Positions 10,714 through 20,329 of a DNA stretch of 64,000 nucleotides are shown here, piece by piece. Source of the stretch: Promethearchaeota archaeon (GTDB taxonomy: Archaea; Asgardarchaeota; Lokiarchaeia; Sigyniarchaeales; SOKP01). The translations under genes were made by a program, and so were the position numbers. The notes below the pieces were generated by a model, which was not told the DNA's origin, did no database searches, and saw only the letters and a list, made by a program, of their open reading frames with translations. Each line of letters opens with the position of its first letter. Within the stretch, counting starts at the first letter, position 1. The stretch covers positions 262,372 through 326,371 of the forward strand of contig JAEOUA010000008.1 of NCBI GenBank assembly GCA_016839555.1. Direction: 5' to 3'.

Positions 10714-11322
10714 TTGAAAAAAATTATATTAGCTTCAAAATCTATTGATAGGAAAGAAATTTTTCAACAAGCACAAATTCCTTTTATAGCTATTAGTTCT
10801 GAGATAGATGAAACTTATTATAAAAAAAAGATTAAGGATCCACTCAGATTAGTTCAAACTTTAGCAAAAAAAAAAGCATTGGATATAAAAAAAAAGAAAG
10901 CTAAGCATTTTAAAGACGCAATCATAATTGCTGCTGATACCATTGTTGAATATAAAGGAGAAATAATTGGAAAAGCTAATAATGAACAAGAAGCTTTTAA
11001 AATCCTTAAAAAACTAATGGGAAAAACCCATGATCTTATTACAGGATTAGCCATTACACAGATGGGAAGTAGACAGTTAGTTTTAGATTATGATATCACA
11101 AAAGTAGAATTTCTGCCTCTTTCTGATAATGATATTTGGGATTATATTAATTCAAGAGAATGGAAAGGAAGGGCAGGTGCCTATTCTATTAGAGAGCGGG
11201 CTGGATTATTTATAAAATCAATTCATGGCTCATATTCAAATGTTCTTGGCCTTCCGATGCAAAAAGTATTTCAAATTCTTAAAGAAACATTTAATTTAAA
11301 TCTACTAGATTATATTATCTAA
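10714..11322 (+). CDS. maf: Maf family nucleoside triphosphate pyrophosphatase
   Basis: IILASKS..R, IAADTIV, IIGK, AGAY, GSYSNVLGLP. Confidence 0.9.
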   Translation: MKKIILASKSIDRKEIFQQAQIPFIAISSEIDETYYKKKIKDPLRLVQTLAKKKALDIKKKKAKHFKDAIIIAADTIVEYKGEIIGKANNEQEAFKILKKLMGKTHDLITGLAITQMGSRQLVLDYDITKVEFLPLSDNDIWDYINSREWKGRAGAYSIRERAGLFIKSIHGSYSNVLGLPMQKVFQILKETFNLNLLDYII

Positions 11323-11438
11323 TTTAGTGAGTTTTAATTTAATTTTCTAGTATCAATATTTTAAAACATTAAAATTCATAGATATCTTATTAAATTGTAT
11401 AATCCCAATTAAAAAAAAAAGAATTTAATAAAAAGGAT

Positions 11439-12236
11439 ATGTTATTTAAAACCAGAGATGGTATCTCTCTTCATGGGAGATTGGCAGGATGCGGTAGGGA
11501 TTTAGTGATTTATGCGCCAGGAGCAGGAAGCAATATAATAGATGCAGAAAAATGGTGTGAGCCTTTAGAAGATATTTACGGATATTCTACCTTTTCATAT
11601 GATTTACGAGGTTTTGGGTCTAGTAAGGGTTTCAAATTTGATTTTAAAAACCAACTTGATGATATAATGGATGTAATTGATGCCGCTATTGCTAAAATGG
11701 AGAAAAGGGGAGAAAAACCTAAAAAGGTAATTCTAATTGGGCATAGTCTAGGAGCCTTAGCATGTTTAAATGTAGGAGTAAAACATCCAAAAGTTGACAC
11801 AGTTTTTGCAATATCTGCTTTTTATTCAATTGAGGATTATTTAGCAGATGAAGAGAAGATAAATACTGATAATTCTCTTTATTCAATTGGAAAAAAAATT
11901 ATAAATATATTAAAAAAAACATTAACTCCTCCCTGGTGGTTTAAGAAATTTATAAGTCTCATGTCTGAAGTATCTGAAGATAAAACCCATTTCATGCCTA
12001 AATATCATTTAACAGAAGAACTTATGAAAAAAGTATTTCTCATTCATGGTTTAAATGATGAATACATCCCTTATGAAAAAAGTGGAAAAAAAATAATTGA
12101 GAAATTTAATCTTAATAAAGATAGATATTTATTGGTAGATACAGGACATACATTTGAAGGGAAAATAGAAGAGGTTTTAAAATGGATACATTCTAAAATT
12201 TCAAATAAAAGAGCATTCAATTTACATATTTTTTGA
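11439..12236 (+). CDS. Alpha/beta hydrolase
   Basis: DLRGFGSS, GHSLG nucleophile elbow, IHG.ND, GH. Confidence 0.85.
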   Translation: MLFKTRDGISLHGRLAGCGRDLVIYAPGAGSNIIDAEKWCEPLEDIYGYSTFSYDLRGFGSSKGFKFDFKNQLDDIMDVIDAAIAKMEKRGEKPKKVILIGHSLGALACLNVGVKHPKVDTVFAISAFYSIEDYLADEEKINTDNSLYSIGKKIINILKKTLTPPWWFKKFISLMSEVSEDKTHFMPKYHLTEELMKKVFLIHGLNDEYIPYEKSGKKIIEKFNLNKDRYLLVDTGHTFEGKIEEVLKWIHSKISNKRAFNLHIF

Positions 12237-12242
12237 AGAAAA

Positions 12243-12800
12243 ATGCAAATTTGTGTAGGAAGTTTAAATCCAGTGAAATATTCTGCAGTTAAACAGGCGT
12301 TTAATACATATTTTAATAAGTTTGAAATATATCAAATTAAAGCAGATTCAAGAGTCCCTAATCAACCCATAGGAAAGGAGATGATACTTACTGGAGCATT
12401 TAATAGAGCGAAAGCCGCATTAGATTTTTTGAGATTAAATAAAGATCTAGACTCAAAGATTTATGGGATCGGTATAGAAGCTGGTTTGGTTAAAATTCCT
12501 CTTGCAACCTCAAAATATATGGATTTCCAATTTTGTGTTATTATAGATAAAATGGAAAAGATTACAATAGGCTCTGGTGTGACATTTGAATATCCTAAAT
12601 TTATTATTGACAAGGTTTTATCAAAAAATATTGAAATTGGAGAAATCATGGGAGCACTAGCTAATAATAGAAATCTGAAATTTGAAGAAGGGGCAATTGG
12701 ATATCTATCTAAAAACCAAATAAAACGAGAAGAGATTCTAAAGCAAGCAGTTATTTGTGCTCTCTTACCCCGAATCAATCAAGAATTATATACTCTTTAA
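12243..12800 (+). CDS. yjjX: Inosine/xanthosine triphosphatase
   Basis: VGSLNPVK, S.VPNQP.G, GAFNRA, GIEAG, GAIGYL. Confidence 0.88.
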   Translation: MQICVGSLNPVKYSAVKQAFNTYFNKFEIYQIKADSRVPNQPIGKEMILTGAFNRAKAALDFLRLNKDLDSKIYGIGIEAGLVKIPLATSKYMDFQFCVIIDKMEKITIGSGVTFEYPKFIIDKVLSKNIEIGEIMGALANNRNLKFEEGAIGYLSKNQIKREEILKQAVICALLPRINQELYTL

Positions 12801-12966
12801 AAAAACCAGCGCACATTTTTTATACATTATTTTAAATTATTTATATCCTAATCTTAATTAAACTTATATATTATTTAAAGAGAAAATATAAAAATAAAGA
12901 TATAAATATTAAAATAATTAAAAATAAAAATAATATAAAAATAATTTCAAAAAGGTTAAAAATAAT

Positions 12967-13326
12967 ATGCCAAGAAAATATTCTTATAGACATAGAGGTT
13001 TGATAAAACTCTTTGCAATCCTCGGTGCGCTGTTAGGTCTTGCTATCTGTGTATGGCAAATTGCCGGAGGAGCCCCTCATCTATTATATTTATATGCGGG
13101 AATAACAGGATATGGTGGTGAAATCGGATTTTATATTCTTTATGTAATTGGAATTGTCATCTGCGTTCTTACAATTTTAATGGGGATGGATTCAACTGCC
13201 ATCCCTCTCCATTGGGTTCTCTGTTTCGTGTTCGGCATTCTCATTTTAGTATTTGGGGGCGGCGTTTGGGCTTTAATTTTGCTGGTTATAGCAGGCACCA
13301 TAGGTATAGTGGATGAACTTTCTTAA
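12967..13326 (+). CDS. Small multi-pass membrane protein
   Basis: Four hydrophobic Gly-rich segments. Confidence 0.65.
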   Translation: MPRKYSYRHRGLIKLFAILGALLGLAICVWQIAGGAPHLLYLYAGITGYGGEIGFYILYVIGIVICVLTILMGMDSTAIPLHWVLCFVFGILILVFGGGVWALILLVIAGTIGIVDELS

Positions 13327-13363
13327 AATTCTTAATTATTCTCTTTTTTTTCTCTTCTCTATT

Positions 13364-14233
13364 TTATTTCTTAATATTCTTTAAAAAATAATCAATTATT
13401 TTTTTTGCTAAATTAATTTCTGTTACTTGCTGAAGGGCTGTGAAACCCGGAATAGAATTAACTTCAATAACTTGTAATCCTTTTTCGCTTTCTATGATAT
13501 CCACTCCGGCAATCTCGGTTTTGACAACTTGAGCTGCTTTTATTGCTAAATCCTTTAATTCAGGAGTAAGTTCTATTTTCTTCATTGATGCACCTGCAAA
13601 GATATTTGTTTTCCAGTTATCAGCTACACGATACATACCAGCTACTGCTTCGTTTCCTAACACAAGTACTCGAATATCTCGGTTATAATGCTCAACAAAT
13701 TCTTGTAGATAAAAAATTTCATTTAATTGTCCCAATGTATAGATTACATTTTCTGCAAAAGCTTTATCATTCAATCTTGTAATACCAATGCCTTTTGAGC
13801 CGTATAATGGTTTAAGAATTACATCACCTCCTAATTTTTCAAAATTAGCTAGCGCTTTAGTAGCATCTTCACATATTATTGTTTTGGGAGTGGGAATACC
13901 ATTTTTTTTTAAAAAAATAGATGTTAAGAATTTATCACTAGCAATCTCCAATGACTGGCGTGAATTAATTAATTTAATTCCTAATTCTTCTATAGCAGTT
14001 AAAATATCTAATCTAAAAAATATTTTCTGAGTGGCAGCCGCTCCAAAACCTCTTACTAATGCCCCCTTTGGATTGAGGTCTTTGAATTTTTCTGAGAAAG
14101 TATCAATATCAACGATGCAATCTGCGGGTACAAAAAGCTCAACTTTGAAATCTCTTTTTTCCAACTGTTTTGCTAAAGTTTGAACTTCAAAATCAGAAGG
14201 ATTTGGCGTGATGATCATTGAATTTTTTTTCAT
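13364..14233 (-). CDS. RimK/MptN-family ATP-grasp alpha-L-glutamate ligase
   Basis: ASDK, KPLYGSKG.G, LQEF, DIRV, WKTN, AGVD, IEVNSIPG. Confidence 0.85.
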   Translation of the reverse strand: MKKNSMIITPNPSDFEVQTLAKQLEKRDFKVELFVPADCIVDIDTFSEKFKDLNPKGALVRGFGAAATQKIFFRLDILTAIEELGIKLINSRQSLEIASDKFLTSIFLKKNGIPTPKTIICEDATKALANFEKLGGDVILKPLYGSKGIGITRLNDKAFAENVIYTLGQLNEIFYLQEFVEHYNRDIRVLVLGNEAVAGMYRVADNWKTNIFAGASMKKIELTPELKDLAIKAAQVVKTEIAGVDIIESEKGLQVIEVNSIPGFTALQQVTEINLAKKIIDYFLKNIKK

Positions 14234-14239
14234 AGCAAT

Positions 14240-14275
14240 ATTACTTTTATTATAAACATTACTTTTATTATAAAC
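14240..14275. repeat. Perfect 18-bp tandem duplication ATTACTTTTATTATAAAC x2
   Basis: Copies at 14240-14257 and 14258-14275; contains a TATA-like TTTATAAT on the minus strand just upstream of the RimK-like gene. Confidence 0.85.
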
Positions 14276-14339
14276 TTATGATACGCATGTTTTTTTAAAT
14301 AAATAAATCTTAATTTTTAATAAACCATATGCAATAAAA

Positions 14340-14948
14340 ATGCAGAAAAAAGCCAAAGATAGTGAAATTGAAAAATTAACACAGATTCTTACCTCTTTAC
14401 AAAATCTTTATTATAAAAAACAAGGACAATTAAAGGAATTAGAAGATGAATTAGCGGAGTTAAAAGAAATACTCAATAACCTAAATTCTCTAGTTTCAAG
14501 AAAATCTTTTTCAAGTGCTAATGAAATCTATTCTCAATACACTCACGCCAAGGCTCAAGAAGAATCAGCAGAAGAAGATTACTTCATTAGAAATATTCCT
14601 CAAGAAAAATTGACGGGCACAAAAATTAAAAGAAAAATATTTTTACAGAAGAATGATGGGGAAGAAGAGCTGATATGTATCTTAAATTTATATGATATGG
14701 ATAAATTGGAAATTAAAATATTAGATCCCCCTCAATATAATATAAAAGAAACCTCTGAAGCATTTATCAAAACCTTCTTAAAAGGTGCATTAATCCAGAT
14801 TAAAGAGCAAAATCCAGATTTAGAATTATCTTATAAATACTATAAAAATACGGATATAATCGAAATGATCTTGATCACAAACTTGAAATCGATTGATAGC
14901 TATGACTTAATTACTGAAAAACTCAGTGAATTCTTAAAATCAAATTAA
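14340..14948 (+). CDS. Hypothetical protein with N-terminal coiled coil
   Basis: Heptad-rich N-terminus followed by an alpha/beta C-terminal region. Confidence 0.65.
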   Translation: MQKKAKDSEIEKLTQILTSLQNLYYKKQGQLKELEDELAELKEILNNLNSLVSRKSFSSANEIYSQYTHAKAQEESAEEDYFIRNIPQEKLTGTKIKRKIFLQKNDGEEELICILNLYDMDKLEIKILDPPQYNIKETSEAFIKTFLKGALIQIKEQNPDLELSYKYYKNTDIIEMILITNLKSIDSYDLITEKLSEFLKSN

Positions 14949-15149
14949 ATAAAAATTTAAAAATCAAAATTATTATTTTTAGATTAACTTGAAAATAGAA
15001 CAATCATAATGTAAGAATTATATATTCAATCTAAAAGATCGAGTAAAAATATATAATATTAATTTCTTATTACACTAAACAATAAAAACAATAATTTCTT
15101 GATAATATAAGAAATAACTTTTTAATATAAGAGGAGAGAGAAAATAAAA

Positions 15150-15950
15150 ATGAAACAAGATTGGATACCAAAGGTCCATAGCAAATTTAATACCCCATCC
15201 TTAGAAAAAGCTTTGATCGATAAGGCAAGTAAATTTCTGGAAGATAGAAAAGGAGAAACACCTTCGTTTATGTTTCTATCTGGGGGTTTTTTTGATGTTC
15301 ATGGATTTGCATATTCGGCAGTAAGGGCTTGGAAAGGAGCAACAAAACCGACTGAAACTAATGGAGGAAGAAGGCCCCTTTTAGAGGCAACATTTGCATC
15401 ATTATCTGTATATCTAAGCTCTCTGTTATCTTTTCAATCTGATTTTTATTTTGCATATGACGAGGTAAAGGAGATATTATTAGAAAAAAATAGGCGAGAT
15501 TTATGGGAAATTATTTCGGAAAAGATTCCCTTTATTTCTGTCCCTCCTAAAGAAATGTACGGAAAACAAGTATCGCCGATTTCTCCCTACTTTATAATTC
15601 AGCAAGATGAGGAACTTATATTGGGAGAGCTTTATCCTTCTGTCTATTTAACAAACATAATCTCCTCAATAAAAACCAGGTTTTTTGTGTTTTTTCATCA
15701 TAATGGATATACAGCTTTTGGATTTTTTAATTCATTACCCCCTCGAAAGAACTTTGGATTTGAAGAAACTGCCAGAAGGTTCGAGAAGGAACCAACTTCA
15801 GATAATCTCATTAAATATACTAAAAAAGCCAAAAGTCTAAAGGAAGTTCTTATCGCATTAATTCATTCACATAATAATGCCTATCTTGAGCAATTTTTAA
15901 TAGAAGACTATGAAACACTTTTAAGGGAACTTCTCGGAGATGAGGTATAA
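15150..15950 (+). CDS. Hypothetical protein, first gene of a putative operon with a small GTPase
   Basis: 266-aa ORF with GAGGAG ribosome-binding-like sequence upstream; no recognised motif. Confidence 0.7.
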   Translation: MKQDWIPKVHSKFNTPSLEKALIDKASKFLEDRKGETPSFMFLSGGFFDVHGFAYSAVRAWKGATKPTETNGGRRPLLEATFASLSVYLSSLLSFQSDFYFAYDEVKEILLEKNRRDLWEIISEKIPFISVPPKEMYGKQVSPISPYFIIQQDEELILGELYPSVYLTNIISSIKTRFFVFFHHNGYTAFGFFNSLPPRKNFGFEETARRFEKEPTSDNLIKYTKKAKSLKEVLIALIHSHNNAYLEQFLIEDYETLLRELLGDEV

Positions 15951-16013
15951 TATGAAACTAGATAGATATCTATTAACAATCAATAAAATAATCAATAAGG
16001 ATGGGGTTAACGC

Positions 16014-16643
16014 ATGGTAAATATTGGTTTATTAGGTGATATATCGGTTGGAAAAACCTCTATTTTAAGATTATTTGTAAAATATTTAAATAAAGGAGAT
16101 ATTGAAAATGTGGAAGGTGGGAAGAAATGCACTGTGGTCAAAACAGATTTTTCGGGCGAAGCTACTTTACCTGGTGGAGATAAAGAAAATAAACTTAATG
16201 AAAAGGAAACCAAAACCATTCATCCAAATAGAGTTGTCTTTCGAGAAGATGATACAAATAAAGCACATACTATCTTTGCTCCAGGAGGAGACCGAAAAAG
16301 AGCAGTAGTGAAGATGGGCATAATAACTATAAGTAGAATTGCAACCCATATCATTGCTGTTTTTTCTTGTGATAGAGATCTAGATACTCAATTTCAATTC
16401 TTTAATGATGTAAGGTTTTTTCCATATAAAATTTATGTAGCTATTAATAAGGTGGATTTATTGGAAAGAGATGATCAAGAAAAGCTTGAGAAGATGAAGA
16501 AATCCATTGAAAGTTTCTTTGAAAAACGTAAAATAAACATAATGGATTATTTTATAACCTGTGGAGAAAGAATTGAGGGATTTGAAGATACAGATATGTA
16601 TAATAACCATGTTGCTGAGATGATTTTAAAAATAACTACTTAA
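16014..16643 (+). CDS. Ras-superfamily small GTPase with atypical G3 (MglA-like)
   Basis: G1 GDISVGKT, G2 KT, G3 position FAPGG (no DxxG), G4 NKVD, G5 TCG. Confidence 0.75.
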   Translation: MVNIGLLGDISVGKTSILRLFVKYLNKGDIENVEGGKKCTVVKTDFSGEATLPGGDKENKLNEKETKTIHPNRVVFREDDTNKAHTIFAPGGDRKRAVVKMGIITISRIATHIIAVFSCDRDLDTQFQFFNDVRFFPYKIYVAINKVDLLERDDQEKLEKMKKSIESFFEKRKINIMDYFITCGERIEGFEDTDMYNNHVAEMILKITT

Positions 16644-16688
16644 AATTAATATTTCTCCATTCTATTTTAATCAAGATTTTGGATTAGA

Positions 16689-17237
16689 TTATTTCTCTTT
16701 AAGATCTTTTTTATTTTTTAATTTTAAGGATAATTTCATAAAAAGTTGAGGAAGATCTAATTGATATCCTATTAAGGGGGTTATACTAACCTCATTTATC
16801 TCCTTATTAAATTTTATATAACCAAGTTGCTCTAGTTTTCGTAAATCTTTTAAAATTCCTTTCTTTTTTCTTAAATCCTTAATATCTTTTACCTTTGAAT
16901 GTCCCAAATTAGAAAGACAACAAACGAGCACACAAAATAAGGTTGCTGCAAGCTTTGGTTTATCTTCGAAAGGATTTGCAGACACTAAATTGGAAACTTC
17001 CATATCGTATGAAATAAACCAATGGTTATCTAGAGGATTAAATCTTATAAATAGTCCTAAAGGTTCGATATATTTTGATAAGTTAGAGATTAATTTATGA
17101 AAATATACCTGTTCGTTTTTTCCAGTTATATGAAGTTTTTCAATGATTTCCTTTTTTGATGCTCCCATTTGAAAGTTGTTGATTTTTCTACTTAATAAAT
17201 GGAGGAGAATAGAAAATTCGTTAATTATTATCACCAA
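16689..17237 (-). CDS. Tandem winged-helix KITE-family protein (ScpB/Nse1/Nse3-like)
   Basis: Two wHTH-like halves: LISNLSKYIEPLGLFIRF and AATLFCVL...ILKDLRKLEQLGYI; size and linkage to SMC/kleisin genes on the same strand. Confidence 0.6.
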   Translation of the reverse strand: MVIIINEFSILLHLLSRKINNFQMGASKKEIIEKLHITGKNEQVYFHKLISNLSKYIEPLGLFIRFNPLDNHWFISYDMEVSNLVSANPFEDKPKLAATLFCVLVCCLSNLGHSKVKDIKDLRKKKGILKDLRKLEQLGYIKFNKEINEVSITPLIGYQLDLPQLFMKLSLKLKNKKDLKEK

Positions 17238-17320
17238 TATTAAATATTAATTGAATTAAAAGAAATTAACTTCTTATTTTTAATCACAATTGAAATCTAT
17301 TTATTTTACATTTAATGGAA

Positions 17321-18128
17321 TCAGCTTATTAAATATGTTAAATTCTTTTTTTCAAGATATTCTTCTAAAAGAGAAATCCCGTATTTATTTATTATTGAGT
17401 TGCTGAAATTTTGTGTTATATATTCTGAAAAATTTTCTTTTTTGATGCTTAAATTCTTTCTTAAAGAATTAATTATTAGATTTAATTCTACTAATAAAAG
17501 GTCTATTTCATCTGAAAGCATATTAACTGTTTTTTTTTTGATCTTTAATTGATAAGGCATTTTTTAATAAATCGGATTCGAAACCCAAATCATATTCCCA
17601 AGGAGTATTAAGAATATTTTTATCAGAATCTAATATGAGTGTATCTCTGAAAAGATTTGTTAATATATAGGGTTTTAAAAAATAAAAATCATCAAATTTT
17701 GAAATTGCTAATTTATTATTAATCTTTATTTTTTCATTGAAATAATCCTCAATTAAATCAATATATTCATCTGGAAAAGTACTACTAAAGATCTTTACAT
17801 TATAGTTAAAAATTTTAGCATGAAAAAGACATATAGTACCATATATTCCAAATAAATAAATTAAACCATTTAATGAGAATGAACTTTTAAGAGCTTTAAA
17901 TTCTTCAGAAGATATTTTCAAAGTAATATCTATTTTTTGCGATCCCACGATTTTTCTTTTTTTAGGATCAAAAATTACTATAAAAGTATGGTTACAAATT
18001 CTTTCAGAGACTTGAATTTTAACAAGATTAAACTTTTTTTGGTTTAATATATTTGCTGGAAGTGGTATCTTCTTGGTTGCTTTACACACAGGGCATACAA
18101 TTTCAAATTCTTCAGTTGAGAGCTCCAT
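17321..18128 (-). pseudogene. Zn-ribbon (CPxC...CxH) hypothetical protein, frameshifted in an A10 run
   Basis: ORF 17523-18128 ends just after the T10 run at 17530-17539; removing one base joins it to ORF 17321-17560 (DQKK-TVNMLSDEID...). Confidence 0.6.
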
Positions 18129-18254
18129 ATTTAATTCACTAATTTAAAGTTATACTTTTTAGTCTAAATGAATAATATCAATATCTACATTTAAATATTA
18201 TAAATTTGTATATTTATATATTAATTAACTTAAGATAAAAGAGCAATAAACATT

Positions 18255-19442
18255 ATGTTCAGAATTATTGTTAATATTCTTAAAGGAAAAGCAAAAGCAG
18301 CTTTTGGAAAACCATTGAATGGTAATGAACGTTTTTTATTAACTTCTCTTTTTTCTAAAACTGATAGAATTGCATCCGCAATAGTGGCTAATAACGTTCA
18401 CCCTAAGTTAATTGACCAAAATTATGATTTTGTAAAATTAACGTCAAGCGTTGAGGCAAATCTAGAATTATTTGAAATCCTTTTAGATAGGTTTCCTTTC
18501 TTTGATGCGTGCCTTGCTCCATCATGGCTAGGATTAGCAGGCAATGGATTAGAAGAATTAGGAACTTCTATGCGTATTACTCCGATGGTAGACCCTACAC
18601 CTTATAAATTTGCGTTGGATAAAGTCTCTTTTAATGAGCTTACTCTCCCGGAAAATACTGGTTATTTAGAGAAACAAATTCGGCTAATATGCGAAGTGCA
18701 AGACCGCTATGCAATGAATGCTCCTCCTATAATATTAGGAGCATTTGATCTTGCGATGCTATTACGTGGAGAAAAACTTATCACAGATTTTCGCATTTAC
18801 AGAGATTATATGAAAGCCTCTAATGAATCAATAAAACAAAAAATAGAAAAAAAAGGCGATCCAAATTTCTTCCCAAAACTTTTAGAATTCACAACTAAAG
18901 CGAGTATCCATATCGGGAATATGTATAAATCCCAAGGAGCCAATATGCTAGGGATTGTTATAACTGACCAATATGCAAATCCTCCACTTATGAGTCCTGA
19001 TGATTTTTTGACCTATATTTATCCCTATGTCGAAAATGTGTGGAAAAAATTCAAAAGATACCGACCTACAGTGGGTTATATGCCACCTTCTCCAATGGTT
19101 GCAGAACAAATAACCGACTACCCTGCTCTAAGTGGGATTGCCAGTTTTAACAATTATATGTTTCCACAAGATGAGATAGGGCTTACTTCAGCAGAATATG
19201 ATACTCAGATGGTCGAATTATCTAAAAAAGTTAAAATACCTTACCAATATATTATACATGGAAAATTTTTAAGAGATTGTTCTGAAAAAGAATTAGAAAA
19301 GGAATTAGTCCGTGTTTGCAATATGGGGACGGAAGAAAATATTCCTTTATCAATAGGCTTAGTTTCAGTACCACTTGGAACTGATTTATCAAAATTAGAT
19401 AAAGTTATAGAAGTTATAAAAGAATACGGGGTGTATGATTAA
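18255..19442 (+). CDS. Uroporphyrinogen decarboxylase/MtaA-like methyltransferase family protein, copy 1
   Basis: GAFDLAMLLRG, MSPDDF..YIYPY and VPLGT motifs; overlaps the start of a corrinoid protein gene. Confidence 0.7.
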   Translation: MFRIIVNILKGKAKAAFGKPLNGNERFLLTSLFSKTDRIASAIVANNVHPKLIDQNYDFVKLTSSVEANLELFEILLDRFPFFDACLAPSWLGLAGNGLEELGTSMRITPMVDPTPYKFALDKVSFNELTLPENTGYLEKQIRLICEVQDRYAMNAPPIILGAFDLAMLLRGEKLITDFRIYRDYMKASNESIKQKIEKKGDPNFFPKLLEFTTKASIHIGNMYKSQGANMLGIVITDQYANPPLMSPDDFLTYIYPYVENVWKKFKRYRPTVGYMPPSPMVAEQITDYPALSGIASFNNYMFPQDEIGLTSAEYDTQMVELSKKVKIPYQYIIHGKFLRDCSEKELEKELVRVCNMGTEENIPLSIGLVSVPLGTDLSKLDKVIEVIKEYGVYD

Positions 19443-20065
19443 TGTCAATTAAAGATATAGTGTCTGATGGAGATATTTATAGTATCCAAGAGGTTGTAGA
19501 AAATGCTGTAAAACAATCCAAACCAATAAAAGTATTAGACGAATTGGTTGATGGATTACGCTATGCTGGTGAATTATTTGCCAATGATGAAATGTATATT
19601 GTTGATTTAATGGTCGCTGCAGAAACTTTTCAAGAAGGATTAAAGGTTCTTCAACCTCTATTAGGTGAAAAAAAAAGAGAAGCTATTGGAAAGGTTGTTA
19701 TAGGTACTGTTGAAGGAGATGTACATGATATCGGCAAAAATATTGTAAAGATTATGCTTGAGACAGCAGGATTTGAAGTTATAGATCTAGGTAAAGATGT
19801 CCCCGTGGATAATTTTATTAATGCCATAAAAGAACATCAGCCTCAGATTTTAGGGCTTTCAGCATTACTAACTTCAACTATGGTCGAGATGGAAGGCGTT
19901 ATAAAAGCAATTGACGAGGCAGGCCATCGAAACGATATTAAGATAATGATAGGTGGCGCTCCGGTGTCAGAAAGATATGCCCAATCTATTGGCGCTGATG
20001 CGTTTGCAGGAGATGCAGTTCATGCAATTGACGAAGCAAAAAAACTTATAGAAATGTCAAAATAG
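19442..20065 (+). CDS. Corrinoid (B12-binding) protein, MtaC/MtbC/MttC family, copy 1
   Basis: GDVHDIGKN (DxHxxG), SALLT, GGAP, IGAD. Confidence 0.92.
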   Translation: MSIKDIVSDGDIYSIQEVVENAVKQSKPIKVLDELVDGLRYAGELFANDEMYIVDLMVAAETFQEGLKVLQPLLGEKKREAIGKVVIGTVEGDVHDIGKNIVKIMLETAGFEVIDLGKDVPVDNFINAIKEHQPQILGLSALLTSTMVEMEGVIKAIDEAGHRNDIKIMIGGAPVSERYAQSIGADAFAGDAVHAIDEAKKLIEMSK

Positions 20066-20329
20066 CTACAAATTAAAGCATTATTTTTTAAGCTTTATGA
20101 AATATATAAAAAAATCAAATATTTTAATGAGTAGGATCCTTTTAGAGCTTTATACTCTTCAGAAGATATTTTTGATATAATATCTATTTGATATGATCCT
20201 ACGTTTTTTTTTATTAGCTTTAAGTTTAGCAACTTAATTTTAATAGATAACACTAAGAACTATATTTAAATATGATAAAAATGTATATTTATTTATCAAT
20301 TAATTGAAGAATAAATAGCGAAATAGATT

